NCBI GenBank assembly: GCA_965208125.1
Contig: OZ242320.1
Coordinates: forward strand, 544,001-608,000
DNA from: Candidatus Latescibacterota bacterium
GTDB taxonomy: Bacteria; Latescibacterota; UBA2968
Direction of reading: 5' to 3'
DNA: 64,000 bases
In this document: in pieces, positions 47,499-58,422 of the stretch
Layout of the letters: the number at the start of each line of letters is the position of its first letter
Numbering within the stretch: position 1 is the stretch's first letter
The notes under the pieces: model-generated
Databases searched by the model: none
The model's input: only the letters and a program-made list of their open reading frames with translations
Told to the model about the DNA's origin: nothing
Program-made: the position numbers and the translations under genes

Positions 47499-48878
47499 TT
47501 ACTCAAGCCGAATATCAGGCAACTCAAAATCATCGCCCGTATCTTCAATCCACTGTGCGAGGCGCTCGTGGCACCGCTCCTTCTCCTTCTGAAACGCCCT
47601 ATTATAAACGTAATTCGCCTGTTCGTAGGGATCATCCGCCGTATTGAAAAGCAACCAATCATTACCCGGCGTACAGGCGTATTTCCACCCATCTCGCATC
47701 ACCACAGCCCGCCACGCCTTATTCACAGTGTGCGAATGCATCTTTCGGGGAATCTGCTGTAAATACGCCGAATCGGGTTCTGCATTTCTATTGGGCTTGC
47801 CTTTGAACTCGGCAGCATTGCTGGAAATACAGTACCCAGAATAATCGTGTCCGACCATATCCTCGGGAACGGGAATACCGCAAAGACCCAGCGTAGTAGG
47901 TGCAATATCGACGTGATTGATCACCGCATCAGTAGATCCCGTATTCATATTAGCACCTCCTCCTACCTTGCCGATAATAAACGGGATGCGGACCGACTCT
48001 TCCCACGGCGATGATTTGCCGGTCTGCGCGTGGCTCCACAGCATATCGCCGTGATCGGAAAAGAAAATCACATAAGTCTCCCGATCAACACCCATATCTT
48101 TGAGAGCCATGCGAATCCGTCCCACATTGTAATCCAGATTTTCCACCATCGCGTAATAACCCGCATGATCCAGGACTGCCCGCTCGCGGATCCGGGGAAC
48201 AACCGGCACATTGCGCCGAAGCTGAATATCCGATGGATGAATCCGAGGCACACCGCGATCTGGATTGGTAGGCGGCACAAAGGGACTGTGGGGCGGCTGC
48301 ACCGAAAGCACGGCAAAAAACGGCTGATAGTCTTCTTCACTACCCACATGATCCGCGAGATGGTCTAAAAACAAGGACGTCAGGCTATCCGTTTCGTACC
48401 CGTCCAAACGCTGGGGTGTTTCGCCCTCCGAACCATAAACATAGCACTCGTTCTGATTATTATTGTTCTCATACCCCATCCAGTACTGAAAATTCCCCCT
48501 GCGCTCGGGAGGAATACAGTTCTCCCGAGCATTGGACCCGTCCAAATGCCACTTGCCGACATAAGCCGTGTGATACCCCGCATCATTAAAAGGTATAGCA
48601 ACAGTCGGAATCGCCGGATCCAGTGGAGACGGCGTCTGCGTCACGCCATTCTGATGCGGATAAGTACCCGTCATTAGCGCACCGCGAAAAGGCGAGCACC
48701 ACGGCGCACCGGAAACCGCACAGTCAAAACGCATACCCTCCCGCGCGAGATTGTCGATATTCGGCGTAAACACATTGGGATCACCCCGATAGCTCAATGC
48801 GTGTGCGCGATGTTGATCCCCAAAAACCCAGATCACATTCGGTTTGCGTTCAGGACGAAACGAAAATTTTTCACTCAT
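47499..48878 (-). CDS. Sulfatase (Cys-type)
   Basis: PNVIW.F.DQ, CSPFRGALMTG, GKWHL, SDHG. Confidence 0.92.
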   Translation of the reverse strand: MSEKFSFRPERKPNVIWVFGDQHRAHALSYRGDPNVFTPNIDNLAREGMRFDCAVSGAPWCSPFRGALMTGTYPHQNGVTQTPSPLDPAIPTVAIPFNDAGYHTAYVGKWHLDGSNARENCIPPERRGNFQYWMGYENNNNQNECYVYGSEGETPQRLDGYETDSLTSLFLDHLADHVGSEEDYQPFFAVLSVQPPHSPFVPPTNPDRGVPRIHPSDIQLRRNVPVVPRIRERAVLDHAGYYAMVENLDYNVGRIRMALKDMGVDRETYVIFFSDHGDMLWSHAQTGKSSPWEESVRIPFIIGKVGGGANMNTGSTDAVINHVDIAPTTLGLCGIPVPEDMVGHDYSGYCISSNAAEFKGKPNRNAEPDSAYLQQIPRKMHSHTVNKAWRAVVMRDGWKYACTPGNDWLLFNTADDPYEQANYVYNRAFQKEKERCHERLAQWIEDTGDDFELPDIRLE

Positions 48879-48891
48879 CGTAAAAACCTCT

Positions 48892-51438
48892 CTAATGCTC
48901 ATGCCCGTGATCGTGCAGGGGCGTATGATCGTGATAAATACCGTGCTTGTGCATCTGCTGGTGCAAGCGATTGTGCGCGGCCTCCAGCGTAGCGCGCATC
49001 TGTTTCAAACGCCTCGCCTCGGGTCTTGGTGCGAGCGTATCCAGATAGGCAATTGCCCCTTCGATTTGTTCCAAAACCGTCGTAGCATCCGCCTGTGAAA
49101 AAATGGGCCTATCCTCTACAACCACCTGTACAGCACTCGTGTGTGCGGCAATCTCCCCGTGCCGTCCCTTATAACTCCCGCGCACCCGCAGTGCAATCCA
49201 CGTCGAATCCTCCACCCGTACCTCCGCACTCCCCGACGCCGACAGGCTCTTATCCACATTCACCTGCTCATGCGTCAACCCGCCCACAACGATCTCGACC
49301 TGATCAATCGGCAAACGCACCGACGCCACCTCCCACGTCACATTGACCGTCCCACCAGAGGAGGGTAACGCCACCCGTGAACCGGGAGCCTTCCCCTCCA
49401 CCTGAATCTCTGCAAGCGGTCCCACCGTCACAAACGTATGACCCGCTTTTGTCGCCGCCATCCAGTTCTCATAGCTAAACTCGCGATCTCCCAAATGCGT
49501 ATAAGTCCGCACCCCGCCGAGTTGCGACGCAGCCGCCATCTTATCTGACCCACCCACAACCGGAATGTGGTATCCCAAATTCAAATAGCGGTACCAATCG
49601 GCAATCCCATAGGGATTGATCTGTGCATTGTGCGGATTAAACGTCATCATCTCCATCGCGTGGATCAGCCCCAGCACAATATCTGCAGCGCGTTCACACT
49701 GCGGATTTGGGCCGTGCGGCATCACCACCAGTCCCCCCTGATCAATGCACTGCTGTGCCCACTCCGCCATCGTGACTTCCTGCGCGTCGCCCAGCGCGGA
49801 TTCCGACGGTCCGCCCGAACACAGCGGGTGAATCATAAGCCCCGAGTACCCCAGCAGCGAAATATGCCCGAGCACCTGCATGCGATTCTCTGTACCAACG
49901 CGCACGAGAAACTCCCCATCACCTCCAAAATCCCGCGCACCAAAAGTCGTCTTCCCATCAAAATCCGACACATTGCTGAACATTTCACCCCACTGGCTCG
50001 CCAGCAAATTCACCACATTCACGCCCTCGCCCTCGCCTTCCAGAAGCGCCGTTTGCGGACTCAAAAAATGCACATGCGTATCGGCAGTCACCCACCCCTT
50101 TTCCCGCCAATTGAGCACGCGATCAATCTCAAACGTAACAACATCCGTATCAGAGCCAACCGTAAACTTCTCGCGGATTGGCACAATCTCATATCCCTTC
50201 TGGATATCGACATACACATCGCCCAGAGGCAGGTCTGCCACGCATTCTCCCGGAATATAACAATACTGATTCAAACCATTGACGTGCTCGCCGTAATTAT
50301 CCTCAAACCAGTGCGGATTCACCTTGCGGTGATACCCTTTCGGAGGCAAATACTCCCCGGTCTCGCCGTGCATGTGCAACCGCACAGCAACCGGCGTCTC
50401 TGTTCCTCTCTCCACCACGCGAATTGTGACCGGGCGATGTGCGGGCCGCACCTCGACAATCTGCTTTGCATCTGCCAGATCGTAAACCTGCGCCTCTCCA
50501 TCTCCCTCCACCCCCACGTAGAGCTTCCCCTGCGGGTGTGCGATATACTCGACAACCACCGCAGAAGAAGACCGCTCGGGCTGCACATCCACCTCCGCGC
50601 TCAACCAGCGTTCCACATCGTAATCCAGCACAGCCCGCGCCGACATCACCACGCCCAGATCGATATTTATATCTTCAAGCTCGCCATTTCTGTTCAACTG
50701 CGCGCCCTCGGGCAATTCCAACTTCAATTTTTGGCGCACACCCGGTCGCAGCGGATGATCTGCGACCCGTGTATGCGTGATCCCCAGCACCAGTGACCGC
50801 TCGTTCTTGGGAACCAATGTCAGATGCCCAATAGGCTTTTCCGGATAGGGATTGGGCAACGCATAAGCCCACATCTTTATGCGCCCGCCATCTCGCCCTG
50901 AACTGTGCCGCGTCTCTGCGCGACCATAAGCCGATGCAGGACGGTGCCCCAAACCGTGTTCGTCCGTCGCACCCATCACAACACCGGGTTTGGCCGCAGG
51001 CATCGCTGCAAACGCACTTGCCCCCCACCCAATACTGGACTGTTGAATCGCAAACCGGCGCAAAATACGCGTCGCCTCGGACTCTCCATCTGCATATTCC
51101 AGCACGTAATCCGACACGTGATCGCCGAGTTCATTGCCATCCATAGCAAAATCGGCCAACCCCTCCTGATAATTACTCACGCGATTTTCAACTACGTGTA
51201 AAAACACCACATAGCTCGCCTTCACACCGTCCATATCAACGCGCACAGCATCGCCATCGAGCAATATACCGTTCGGTTCGCCTGGCGCACCCAGATCAAA
51301 AGGCATACCCAGAATGGACTGCCCACCATACATCGCGCCCAAATCCTCGCCACCAAACCCATCCAATTGCACGCGATCCACATTGTAATTTTCCGCCAGA
51401 GAAACAGGCGTAAAATGTTCAGATAGGGGAATATTCAT
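48892..51438 (-). CDS. CehA/McbA-like metallohydrolase (PHP-type)
   Basis: ADTHVH, G.E.R….GH, PH, WYRYLN.G…GGSD, RTY, AHTS. Confidence 0.7.
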   Translation of the reverse strand: MNIPLSEHFTPVSLAENYNVDRVQLDGFGGEDLGAMYGGQSILGMPFDLGAPGEPNGILLDGDAVRVDMDGVKASYVVFLHVVENRVSNYQEGLADFAMDGNELGDHVSDYVLEYADGESEATRILRRFAIQQSSIGWGASAFAAMPAAKPGVVMGATDEHGLGHRPASAYGRAETRHSSGRDGGRIKMWAYALPNPYPEKPIGHLTLVPKNERSLVLGITHTRVADHPLRPGVRQKLKLELPEGAQLNRNGELEDINIDLGVVMSARAVLDYDVERWLSAEVDVQPERSSSAVVVEYIAHPQGKLYVGVEGDGEAQVYDLADAKQIVEVRPAHRPVTIRVVERGTETPVAVRLHMHGETGEYLPPKGYHRKVNPHWFEDNYGEHVNGLNQYCYIPGECVADLPLGDVYVDIQKGYEIVPIREKFTVGSDTDVVTFEIDRVLNWREKGWVTADTHVHFLSPQTALLEGEGEGVNVVNLLASQWGEMFSNVSDFDGKTTFGARDFGGDGEFLVRVGTENRMQVLGHISLLGYSGLMIHPLCSGGPSESALGDAQEVTMAEWAQQCIDQGGLVVMPHGPNPQCERAADIVLGLIHAMEMMTFNPHNAQINPYGIADWYRYLNLGYHIPVVGGSDKMAAASQLGGVRTYTHLGDREFSYENWMAATKAGHTFVTVGPLAEIQVEGKAPGSRVALPSSGGTVNVTWEVASVRLPIDQVEIVVGGLTHEQVNVDKSLSASGSAEVRVEDSTWIALRVRGSYKGRHGEIAAHTSAVQVVVEDRPIFSQADATTVLEQIEGAIAYLDTLAPRPEARRLKQMRATLEAAHNRLHQQMHKHGIYHDHTPLHDHGHEH

Positions 51439-51450
51439 AATACACCTCAT

Positions 51451-53319
51451 TTATAAAAAATACCGTTCCTTCTTCACCATCACCTCAAACTCCTCTCTCG
51501 CCTTCTGCACCTCTTCCACCGTCGAAACCTCGGCAACCGGCACATCCCACCAGCTCTCGTAGCCCGACACGCGCACATCGCGATCGACCTCCACCGCAAT
51601 CACCGTCGTGCGATCTATAGTTCGCGCCTCTTCAATCGCTCTCATCAGCCCTTCTTTGCCTTCGGGCCGCAACACATAAGCCCCCAAACTCTCGGCATTT
51701 GTCGCCAAATCGGTCGGCACATTCTCGCCATCCAACTGCCCGGTCTGCTCATCGCGCATCCTGTACTCTGTCCCAAACTCCTGCGCGCCCACAGCATCCG
51801 ACAATCCCCCAATACTCGCAAAACCGTGATTATCCAGCAGCACAATATTCAGTTTAATCCCCTCCTGCACTGCCGTCGCTATCTCCTGCGCCATCATCAA
51901 ATACGAACCATCCCCAACCATCACATACACCTCCCGAGAGGGATCGGCCATCTTAATACCCAACCCCCCGGCAATCTCGTATCCCATGCACGAATATCCA
52001 TACTCGAGGTGGTATCCCTTGGGATTGCGCGTTCGCCACAACTTGTGGAGATCGCCCGGCATACTGCCCGCCGCACAAATCATGACATCCTCCGGTGCCG
52101 AACCTTCATTCACCGCGCCAATCACTTCCCCCTGACTCAAAATGGGCCGATGACCCAAATTGTAAATGCGATCCACCTCATCTGCCCACGCCTCCCGAAA
52201 TGCGGCAACCCGCTGTGTCAAATCCCCCGACACGCGATACCCCTGCACCGCTTCTGTCAATTCTTCCAACACTATCCGCGCATCGCCCACCAGCGGCAAT
52301 GCCCCGTGTTTGGCCGCGTCAAATTCCGCCACATTAATCGCGATAAATTTCACATCCGGATTTTGAAACGCCGTCTTTGAAGCCGTCGTAAAATCGCTCA
52401 ACCGCGTACCAATAGCGATCACCAGATCCGCTTCCCGCGCGACAATATTCGCCCCCGGTGTACCCGTCACACCCACCGCACCCAAATTATTGGCGTGGTC
52501 GTAATTAAGCGACCCCTTGCCCGCCTGTGTCTCGCCCACTGGAATACCCGTCTGCTCGACAAATGCCGACAGCGCGTCTGTTGCCTCGCTGTACAACACT
52601 CCCCCGCCCGCAATCACCACAGGTTGCACACTCTCCTGAATCCACGCCGCAGCTTTTGACACCAGATCGCGATCCGGCCGGTTGCGCGGCACCACCCACA
52701 CTCGTCTTTCAAACAACGCTTCGGGATAATCAAACGCCTCTGTCTGCGTATCCTGCGGACAACACAGCGTCACAGCACCCGTCTCAACAGGCGAAGTCAA
52801 AACCCGCATCGCCTCGGGCAATGCCAAAATCGCCTGATCTGCCCGATTCAACCGATCCCAGTACCGCGACACCGGCTTAAAACAATCATTCACAGAAATA
52901 TCCTGCGACGCATTGGACTCCAACTGCTGCAATACAGGCGCCACATTTCGCCGCGCAAAAATATCACCCGGCAGCAGCAACACCGGCAAACGATTAATCG
53001 TCGCCGTCGCCGCGCCCGTCACCATATTCGTCGCCCCCGGTCCAATCGACGTCGTACACGCCAGTGTACCCAACCGATTCTTCATCTTGGCATAAGCCGC
53101 AGCCGTATGCACCATCGCCTGTTCATTGCGCGTCTGGTAATACCGAAACTCATCGCGATACTCATGCAGCGCCTGGCCGATCCCGGCCACATTCCCATGC
53201 CCAAAAATACCCGACATCCCCGCAAAAAAGGGCTGTTCAACCCCATCGCGCGAAACGTACTGCGCCCTCAAAAACTGAACAATCGCCTGTGCCATTGTCA
53301 ATCGTCGCGTCTTTGCCAT
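51451..53319 (-). CDS. iolD: 3D-(3,5/4)-trihydroxycyclohexane-1,2-dione acylhydrolase (inositol catabolism)
   Basis: RLTMAQA..FL, GIFGHGNVAG, NEQAMVH, TSIGPGATNM, EYGYSCMGYE, GDGSYLM, WWDVPV. Confidence 0.93.
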   Translation of the reverse strand: MAKTRRLTMAQAIVQFLRAQYVSRDGVEQPFFAGMSGIFGHGNVAGIGQALHEYRDEFRYYQTRNEQAMVHTAAAYAKMKNRLGTLACTTSIGPGATNMVTGAATATINRLPVLLLPGDIFARRNVAPVLQQLESNASQDISVNDCFKPVSRYWDRLNRADQAILALPEAMRVLTSPVETGAVTLCCPQDTQTEAFDYPEALFERRVWVVPRNRPDRDLVSKAAAWIQESVQPVVIAGGGVLYSEATDALSAFVEQTGIPVGETQAGKGSLNYDHANNLGAVGVTGTPGANIVAREADLVIAIGTRLSDFTTASKTAFQNPDVKFIAINVAEFDAAKHGALPLVGDARIVLEELTEAVQGYRVSGDLTQRVAAFREAWADEVDRIYNLGHRPILSQGEVIGAVNEGSAPEDVMICAAGSMPGDLHKLWRTRNPKGYHLEYGYSCMGYEIAGGLGIKMADPSREVYVMVGDGSYLMMAQEIATAVQEGIKLNIVLLDNHGFASIGGLSDAVGAQEFGTEYRMRDEQTGQLDGENVPTDLATNAESLGAYVLRPEGKEGLMRAIEEARTIDRTTVIAVEVDRDVRVSGYESWWDVPVAEVSTVEEVQKAREEFEVMVKKERYFL

Positions 53320-53341
53320 ATTATCCCTCGTGTTGAGATAT

Positions 53342-54112
53342 TCACACCAATACATCCGGCCGGTCGTGTACGCCTGGACGCGCCAAAATCCGCTTCTGCT
53401 GCTCAGTCAGCCCCTCATAAACCGAATTATCGTACCCCTTTGGCGCGGAAATCAAATGTCCCGGACCGTATTTGTAAAGCAACACCCTGCGCTCGTGATC
53501 TGCCCGCCACGGCAATGTACCGTGCACCAGAGCCTCCGTAAAAAAAATCGCATCCCCCGCCTTTGCCTCGGGCTGCACAACATAGTGCGGAACCCGCTCA
53601 AACCGCTGCACATCGCGCGGCAAATCCATCCTGAAATTGCTCTTGTGACTGCCCCGAACACAGGCAAAACCCCCATCCCCTGCATCGGCGTCTGACAATA
53701 CATATGTCAACACCGACAAACCACACTGCATCACGCCATCTCGATATCTGTAATAATGGTGAAACAAATTCGGCTGCCCGCCGTGCAAACTACCTCGCCT
53801 CCCATTCTTCATCATAAAAATGGCATAATCGTGATCCAGACGGAACTTTGGCCCCAGCAAGTCAACGAGATAAGGCAACACGTTGGGATGATCGATTAAA
53901 TCCCGACACGCCACATCCCAATCCACAATACTCGGCGCGCGGCGCACACCTCTGGCATTGCCAAATTCATCATCTGCCTCCACATCCCCGTAATCCCTGG
54001 GAAACTCTCTATCCGCCACTGCATTGAGCACATCCAATTCCTCGCGGCTCAACACATCTTTAATCACCAGATAACCGTCGAGATCAAACATAAACTTTTC
54101 TTCTGGGGTCAT
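53342..54112 (-). CDS. PhyH family dioxygenase
   Basis: FRLDHDY, LHGG, GGF..V.GSHK, GDA..FTEAL.HG. Confidence 0.85.
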   Translation of the reverse strand: MTPEEKFMFDLDGYLVIKDVLSREELDVLNAVADREFPRDYGDVEADDEFGNARGVRRAPSIVDWDVACRDLIDHPNVLPYLVDLLGPKFRLDHDYAIFMMKNGRRGSLHGGQPNLFHHYYRYRDGVMQCGLSVLTYVLSDADAGDGGFACVRGSHKSNFRMDLPRDVQRFERVPHYVVQPEAKAGDAIFFTEALVHGTLPWRADHERRVLLYKYGPGHLISAPKGYDNSVYEGLTEQQKRILARPGVHDRPDVLV

Positions 54113-54123
54113 ATCGCATACTC

Positions 54124-55260
54124 CTATCGATAGGGCAATGGCCTGGGATCGAGCCATTCTACAATTCGGTCTTTAATCGCCCATGCAAAAAAGAAATTTC
54201 CGCGCGGCGTGTGATGCCCAATATAATACGGTTCCAAAAACGCCTGCACATCCCCCCGATATGTCGCGTACTCCTCCCGAAAAGCATCGCGCAAATCGAT
54301 CACAGGCACATCCTTTGTCGCCAACCAATCCAAAAACGTCTGGTCAAAAAGCGGCTCACCTTCTAATGCCCGAGCTATATTACTCGAACCAAATGACAAA
54401 ATCACCAGCAACTTTTTCCCATTGGCCTTCGTAAATGCCTCTGCCTTTTCAATCACAAACCGCGTCGCAAACAAAGCCGCCTCGGTATGCAAGCTATAGA
54501 CCTCGGCATCCGATCCCGCATTCTCGAGTTCTCCCCCCATACCTTGCGCCATAGCCGACGCATCTTCCGCACTGCCTCTCCGCGCCATAACCGCATGTAA
54601 AATCGGATCATCGCCAAAAGTCTCCCACACCCAATCCGCATCGCAAAGCCGATAGAGTTCCTCGGGCGTCTTACACAAATTCTCGCGCTCTTCCACAGTA
54701 CTACTTTCCAGATTCACGCGCAAATGCGGCAGCGTAAACCGACCCTGTCGTCCCATGCGAATGGACCGCCACGCATCCAAATTGCGAAAGTGATCGTCGT
54801 CCCACACATTCAAAATCACGTACTCGGCGGGATACTCCCGCTCCACAATCAACATTCGGCGATACGCCTGATACACACTGTGCCCACCAATGCCGTAATT
54901 GCGAATAGGCTCCAGCAAATGCGCGGCCAAATACTCCTGCCATGTCTCCCCATTGCTCACCTGATCGCAATGCGTAAAACTATTCCCATACGTATGAATG
55001 CGACAGGGGCGATCCGCATAATTGACCACCTGCCGCGCACCGTCTTTCTCATAAGCGTAAAACCCGCGCGAATCATCCACACCACCCCCGCGAAACCCAT
55101 CGCAAACCACCCACCCGATCTCTGGATCAAACGCCGACTGTGCATTATTGCACATAATCCGCGCCAACTCCGCTGGCACATCTGCCTTTGCAGGCGTCAC
55201 AAAATGATCCACCATCTCGCGCGTTGGCATAATCGACTCCAAATATTCGCGCCCTGTCAT
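54124..55260 (-). CDS. Hypothetical protein, SGNH-like fold
   Basis: GNSFT, NYGIGG..VYQ, GHHTP.GN. Confidence 0.55.
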   Translation of the reverse strand: MTGREYLESIMPTREMVDHFVTPAKADVPAELARIMCNNAQSAFDPEIGWVVCDGFRGGGVDDSRGFYAYEKDGARQVVNYADRPCRIHTYGNSFTHCDQVSNGETWQEYLAAHLLEPIRNYGIGGHSVYQAYRRMLIVEREYPAEYVILNVWDDDHFRNLDAWRSIRMGRQGRFTLPHLRVNLESSTVEERENLCKTPEELYRLCDADWVWETFGDDPILHAVMARRGSAEDASAMAQGMGGELENAGSDAEVYSLHTEAALFATRFVIEKAEAFTKANGKKLLVILSFGSSNIARALEGEPLFDQTFLDWLATKDVPVIDLRDAFREEYATYRGDVQAFLEPYYIGHHTPRGNFFFAWAIKDRIVEWLDPRPLPYR

Positions 55261-55334
55261 CTTGTGTTCCTCATATCTCATCGCCTTTCATCTGTGTGCA
55301 TCTGCGTAAAACGCTCAAATTACTCGCGTTTTTT

Positions 55335-55541
55335 CTACGGATCATCTCGCTTCCTGATCAACCGGGCCGGTGTCCCTCCAACCACCGAATACGGTTCCAC
55401 ATCGCGCGTTACAACCGCGCCTGCGCCCACAATACTATGCGCGCCAATGCGCACCAATTCTGGATGTCGGATATCGACCAGCGGATCAAAGTGAACCGAC
55501 TCTCCAATCGCCTTAAATACCGATCTGTCTATCTCAAACAT
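55335..55541 (-). pseudogene. Internally deleted hexapeptide-repeat acyltransferase (68 aa)
   Basis: RBS and ATG intact; N-terminal piece joined directly to C-terminal [29 protein letters not shown]. Confidence 0.65.
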
Positions 55542-55758
55542 AAGTGTTCCCCTCCACACACAGATTAATCAATTACAGGACGTGATGCAATGGTATTTGC
55601 CCCTGCACAAAGCCGAGTGAAATTTACCGCTGTTTTCTTTTTAAAAGTTCTTTATACCATGTGCTGTTGCCGGATAATCTCTGTTGTCTAAGGAAGGTCG
55701 CCTACCTATATTTCGGCATTGACGCGCCTCCATATCACAGTAATTACACGAGGTTTTT

Positions 55759-58422
55759 ATGAAACAAGTTTTTCTGGTGTTTTTGTTTTTAGCGCCTGCA
55801 ACTCTGTCTGCCGCTGTGCTCAGCGGCCAGGTGCGCGATGAGAAAACCGGGGAATCTCTGTTCGGCGCAAATGTTTATTTGGAAACACACGCGGGGGGAA
55901 CAGCCACAGACCTCGATGGAAATTTTGCGATTCCCAATGTCAGCGAGGGTAGCCACACGCTCGTTATCAGCTTTGTGGGCTATAAGGAATATCGCGATAC
56001 CATTACAGTAAAAGAGGGGATGGGTGCGTTGGTTGTGGCACTAACGCCCGAAGCCATGCAGTTTGAAGAGGTCGTTGTGAGCGCGCCGCGCGCCAAATTG
56101 CGCGAAACGCCCATTGCGTTCTCCGATGTGCCAAAAACCGATATAGATCGCAAACTCGGCTCTCGCAGCCTGCCGATGCTTTTGAACGATACGCCGGGCG
56201 TTTATGCGACCGAGCAAGGCGGTGGCGATGGCGATTCGCGCATCAATGTGCGGGGATTTGACCAGCGCAATATCGCCGTCATGGTCAATGGCGTGCCAGT
56301 CAATAACATGGAAACCGGGTGGGTCTATTGGGTTGACTGGGATGTTCTCAGCGATGTGACGTCCTCCATACAGGTGCAGCGCGGATTGGGCGCCTCAAAT
56401 TTGGCGATAGCCTCGGTGGGGGGCACGCTGAATATTATTACCGATGCCGCCCGTCAACAGCGCGGGTTTAAGATCAAACAGGAAGCTGCGACCAGTGCCT
56501 ATTACAAAACCACGGTCAATTTTTCATCGGGCTTACTCAATGAAAAAACCGCGATGAGCATGGGCATTTCACGCAAAGTTGGCAATGGCATACCCGATCA
56601 AACGTGGACAGAAGGGTGGGCGTATTTCGGAGCATTGAGCTTTTTGGCCTCTGAAACACACAAATTCGAGTTGTTTGTCGTGGGTACGCCGCAACGCCAC
56701 GGGCACCGCCTGTTCAAGCAACCCATTGGCACTTTTGATGCCGATTACGCGCAGTCTCTGGGCGCTGGCGTAACAGATGCGAAAAATTACGGGATCAATT
56801 ACAATCCCAACTGGGGATATTCGCCGTTTTCATCTTATCGGGAATTTTTTAACGGCAAGGTGCGAGACGCACGCGACAATGCGACCATTATGGAACGCGA
56901 GAACTACTATCACAAAACGCAAGCCAATTTGAACTGGTATTGGATACCCAACGATCGGTTTGTTTTGTCCAATGTCTTTTATTGGGCGCGCGGCAAGGGC
57001 GGAGGTCTGGGGCGCCTGGGCGTCAATCCGGGAACCAGGGCAGACGGCAGCATCGACTGGCAGCACGCAGTAGATGAGTTGAACACGGAACCCGCATCAC
57101 GAGCCAATCCCAACCTGGTGCTTGCAGGCGAGGTCGGAGCCCATGAGATTGCGGCAAAGACCATTATGCGAAACACGGGCAGCCTGCAATACTATTACGG
57201 ATATTTGGGCACGGGCGAATACGCGCTAACGCCTGCCTATAAGCTCGCCTTTGGCATTGATTTGCGCGGCTATGAGGGGCAGCACTGGCGCGAAGTGCGA
57301 AATTTGATAGGGGCAGATTATTACGTTTTTACAGGAGACAGCAATGCCGCGACTTCTGTGAAACGCCTTGGAGACAGGATCGCATATCACACCGATGGTC
57401 TGACGCGCTGGGGAGGCGGATTTGTTCAAATCGAAAGGCAGGTGAACGACTTTACGGCATTTTTGAGCACATCGGCATCCATAACAGCTTATAAACGCAT
57501 CGACTATTTCCGCGCCAGGGTCAATGGGGAATGGGATCAGACAGATTGGAAAAGCTTTGGAGGCTATACGCTCAAGGCGGGGGGCAATTACAATATGACC
57601 CCTACGGTCAATGTGTATGCCAATATGGGCTGGCTTTCAACAGCCCCCAAATTTGGATCGGTTTATCACTACGACAACAGCCTCTACGATCCCACATTCA
57701 ATGAAAAAGTGGCGTCTTTTGAGTTAGGCGCAGGCTATCTCAAACGCGGAGTGATAACCGGAAACGCAAACTTCTATTACACCAAATGGATCGATCGCTC
57801 GTGGCCCAAGAGCGTTTACAGCGCAAAGCTCGACCAGAACTTTCGGTTTTTGCTCAGCGGCATTGACGCGCGGCACACAGGCATAGAGTTCGACTTCAAG
57901 GCGCGCCCCCATCCCAAGTTGGAGGTGCGCAGCCTGGTCTCACTCGGCAACTGGGAATGGCTCAACGATGCGCGCGCCACATTTTTTCCCGAAGAAGACC
58001 CATTGGTTGCAGACGCGTTTCAAGTCTATGCCAATGGATTGAAGGTAGGCGACTCGGCGCAAAAAACCCTTGCGCTGAGCAGTACGGTATTTCCCATGCG
58101 CGGACTTTACACCACGCTGAGTTTGAGGCGATTTATGGATCACTACGCCAAATTCGATCCCGCCAATCGAACAGATCCCGATGACCGCCAGCAATCGTGG
58201 AAAGTGCCAAATTACAATTTGGCTGACCTCCACGCAGGTTACATCCTGCCCGGCAATACATTTGGCAATGGCAAAGTAAAACTGCAATTGCACATCTTCA
58301 ATTTGTTCAACGCGCGCTATATTTCCGATGCAGACGATGGCGACAACCACGACGCCTCAACCGCGCTCGTCTTCCTCGGTCTGCTCCGCCGCTGGAATAT
58401 TTCGTTATCCTACGATTATTAA
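55759..58422 (+). CDS. TonB-dependent receptor with N-terminal carboxypeptidase-regulatory-like domain
   Basis: Signal peptide, G.V.D..TGE.L.GANV, plug RINVRGF…VNGVPVN…IQVQRG…GGTLNIIT, terminal NLFN..Y…LSYDY. Confidence 0.93.
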   Translation: MKQVFLVFLFLAPATLSAAVLSGQVRDEKTGESLFGANVYLETHAGGTATDLDGNFAIPNVSEGSHTLVISFVGYKEYRDTITVKEGMGALVVALTPEAMQFEEVVVSAPRAKLRETPIAFSDVPKTDIDRKLGSRSLPMLLNDTPGVYATEQGGGDGDSRINVRGFDQRNIAVMVNGVPVNNMETGWVYWVDWDVLSDVTSSIQVQRGLGASNLAIASVGGTLNIITDAARQQRGFKIKQEAATSAYYKTTVNFSSGLLNEKTAMSMGISRKVGNGIPDQTWTEGWAYFGALSFLASETHKFELFVVGTPQRHGHRLFKQPIGTFDADYAQSLGAGVTDAKNYGINYNPNWGYSPFSSYREFFNGKVRDARDNATIMERENYYHKTQANLNWYWIPNDRFVLSNVFYWARGKGGGLGRLGVNPGTRADGSIDWQHAVDELNTEPASRANPNLVLAGEVGAHEIAAKTIMRNTGSLQYYYGYLGTGEYALTPAYKLAFGIDLRGYEGQHWREVRNLIGADYYVFTGDSNAATSVKRLGDRIAYHTDGLTRWGGGFVQIERQVNDFTAFLSTSASITAYKRIDYFRARVNGEWDQTDWKSFGGYTLKAGGNYNMTPTVNVYANMGWLSTAPKFGSVYHYDNSLYDPTFNEKVASFELGAGYLKRGVITGNANFYYTKWIDRSWPKSVYSAKLDQNFRFLLSGIDARHTGIEFDFKARPHPKLEVRSLVSLGNWEWLNDARATFFPEEDPLVADAFQVYANGLKVGDSAQKTLALSSTVFPMRGLYTTLSLRRFMDHYAKFDPANRTDPDDRQQSWKVPNYNLADLHAGYILPGNTFGNGKVKLQLHIFNLFNARYISDADDGDNHDASTALVFLGLLRRWNISLSYDY

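Noticed and set aside
55289-55306. CATCTGTGTGCATCTGCG short direct repeat
   Set aside because: Single short occurrence; cannot be supported as an element from this window.
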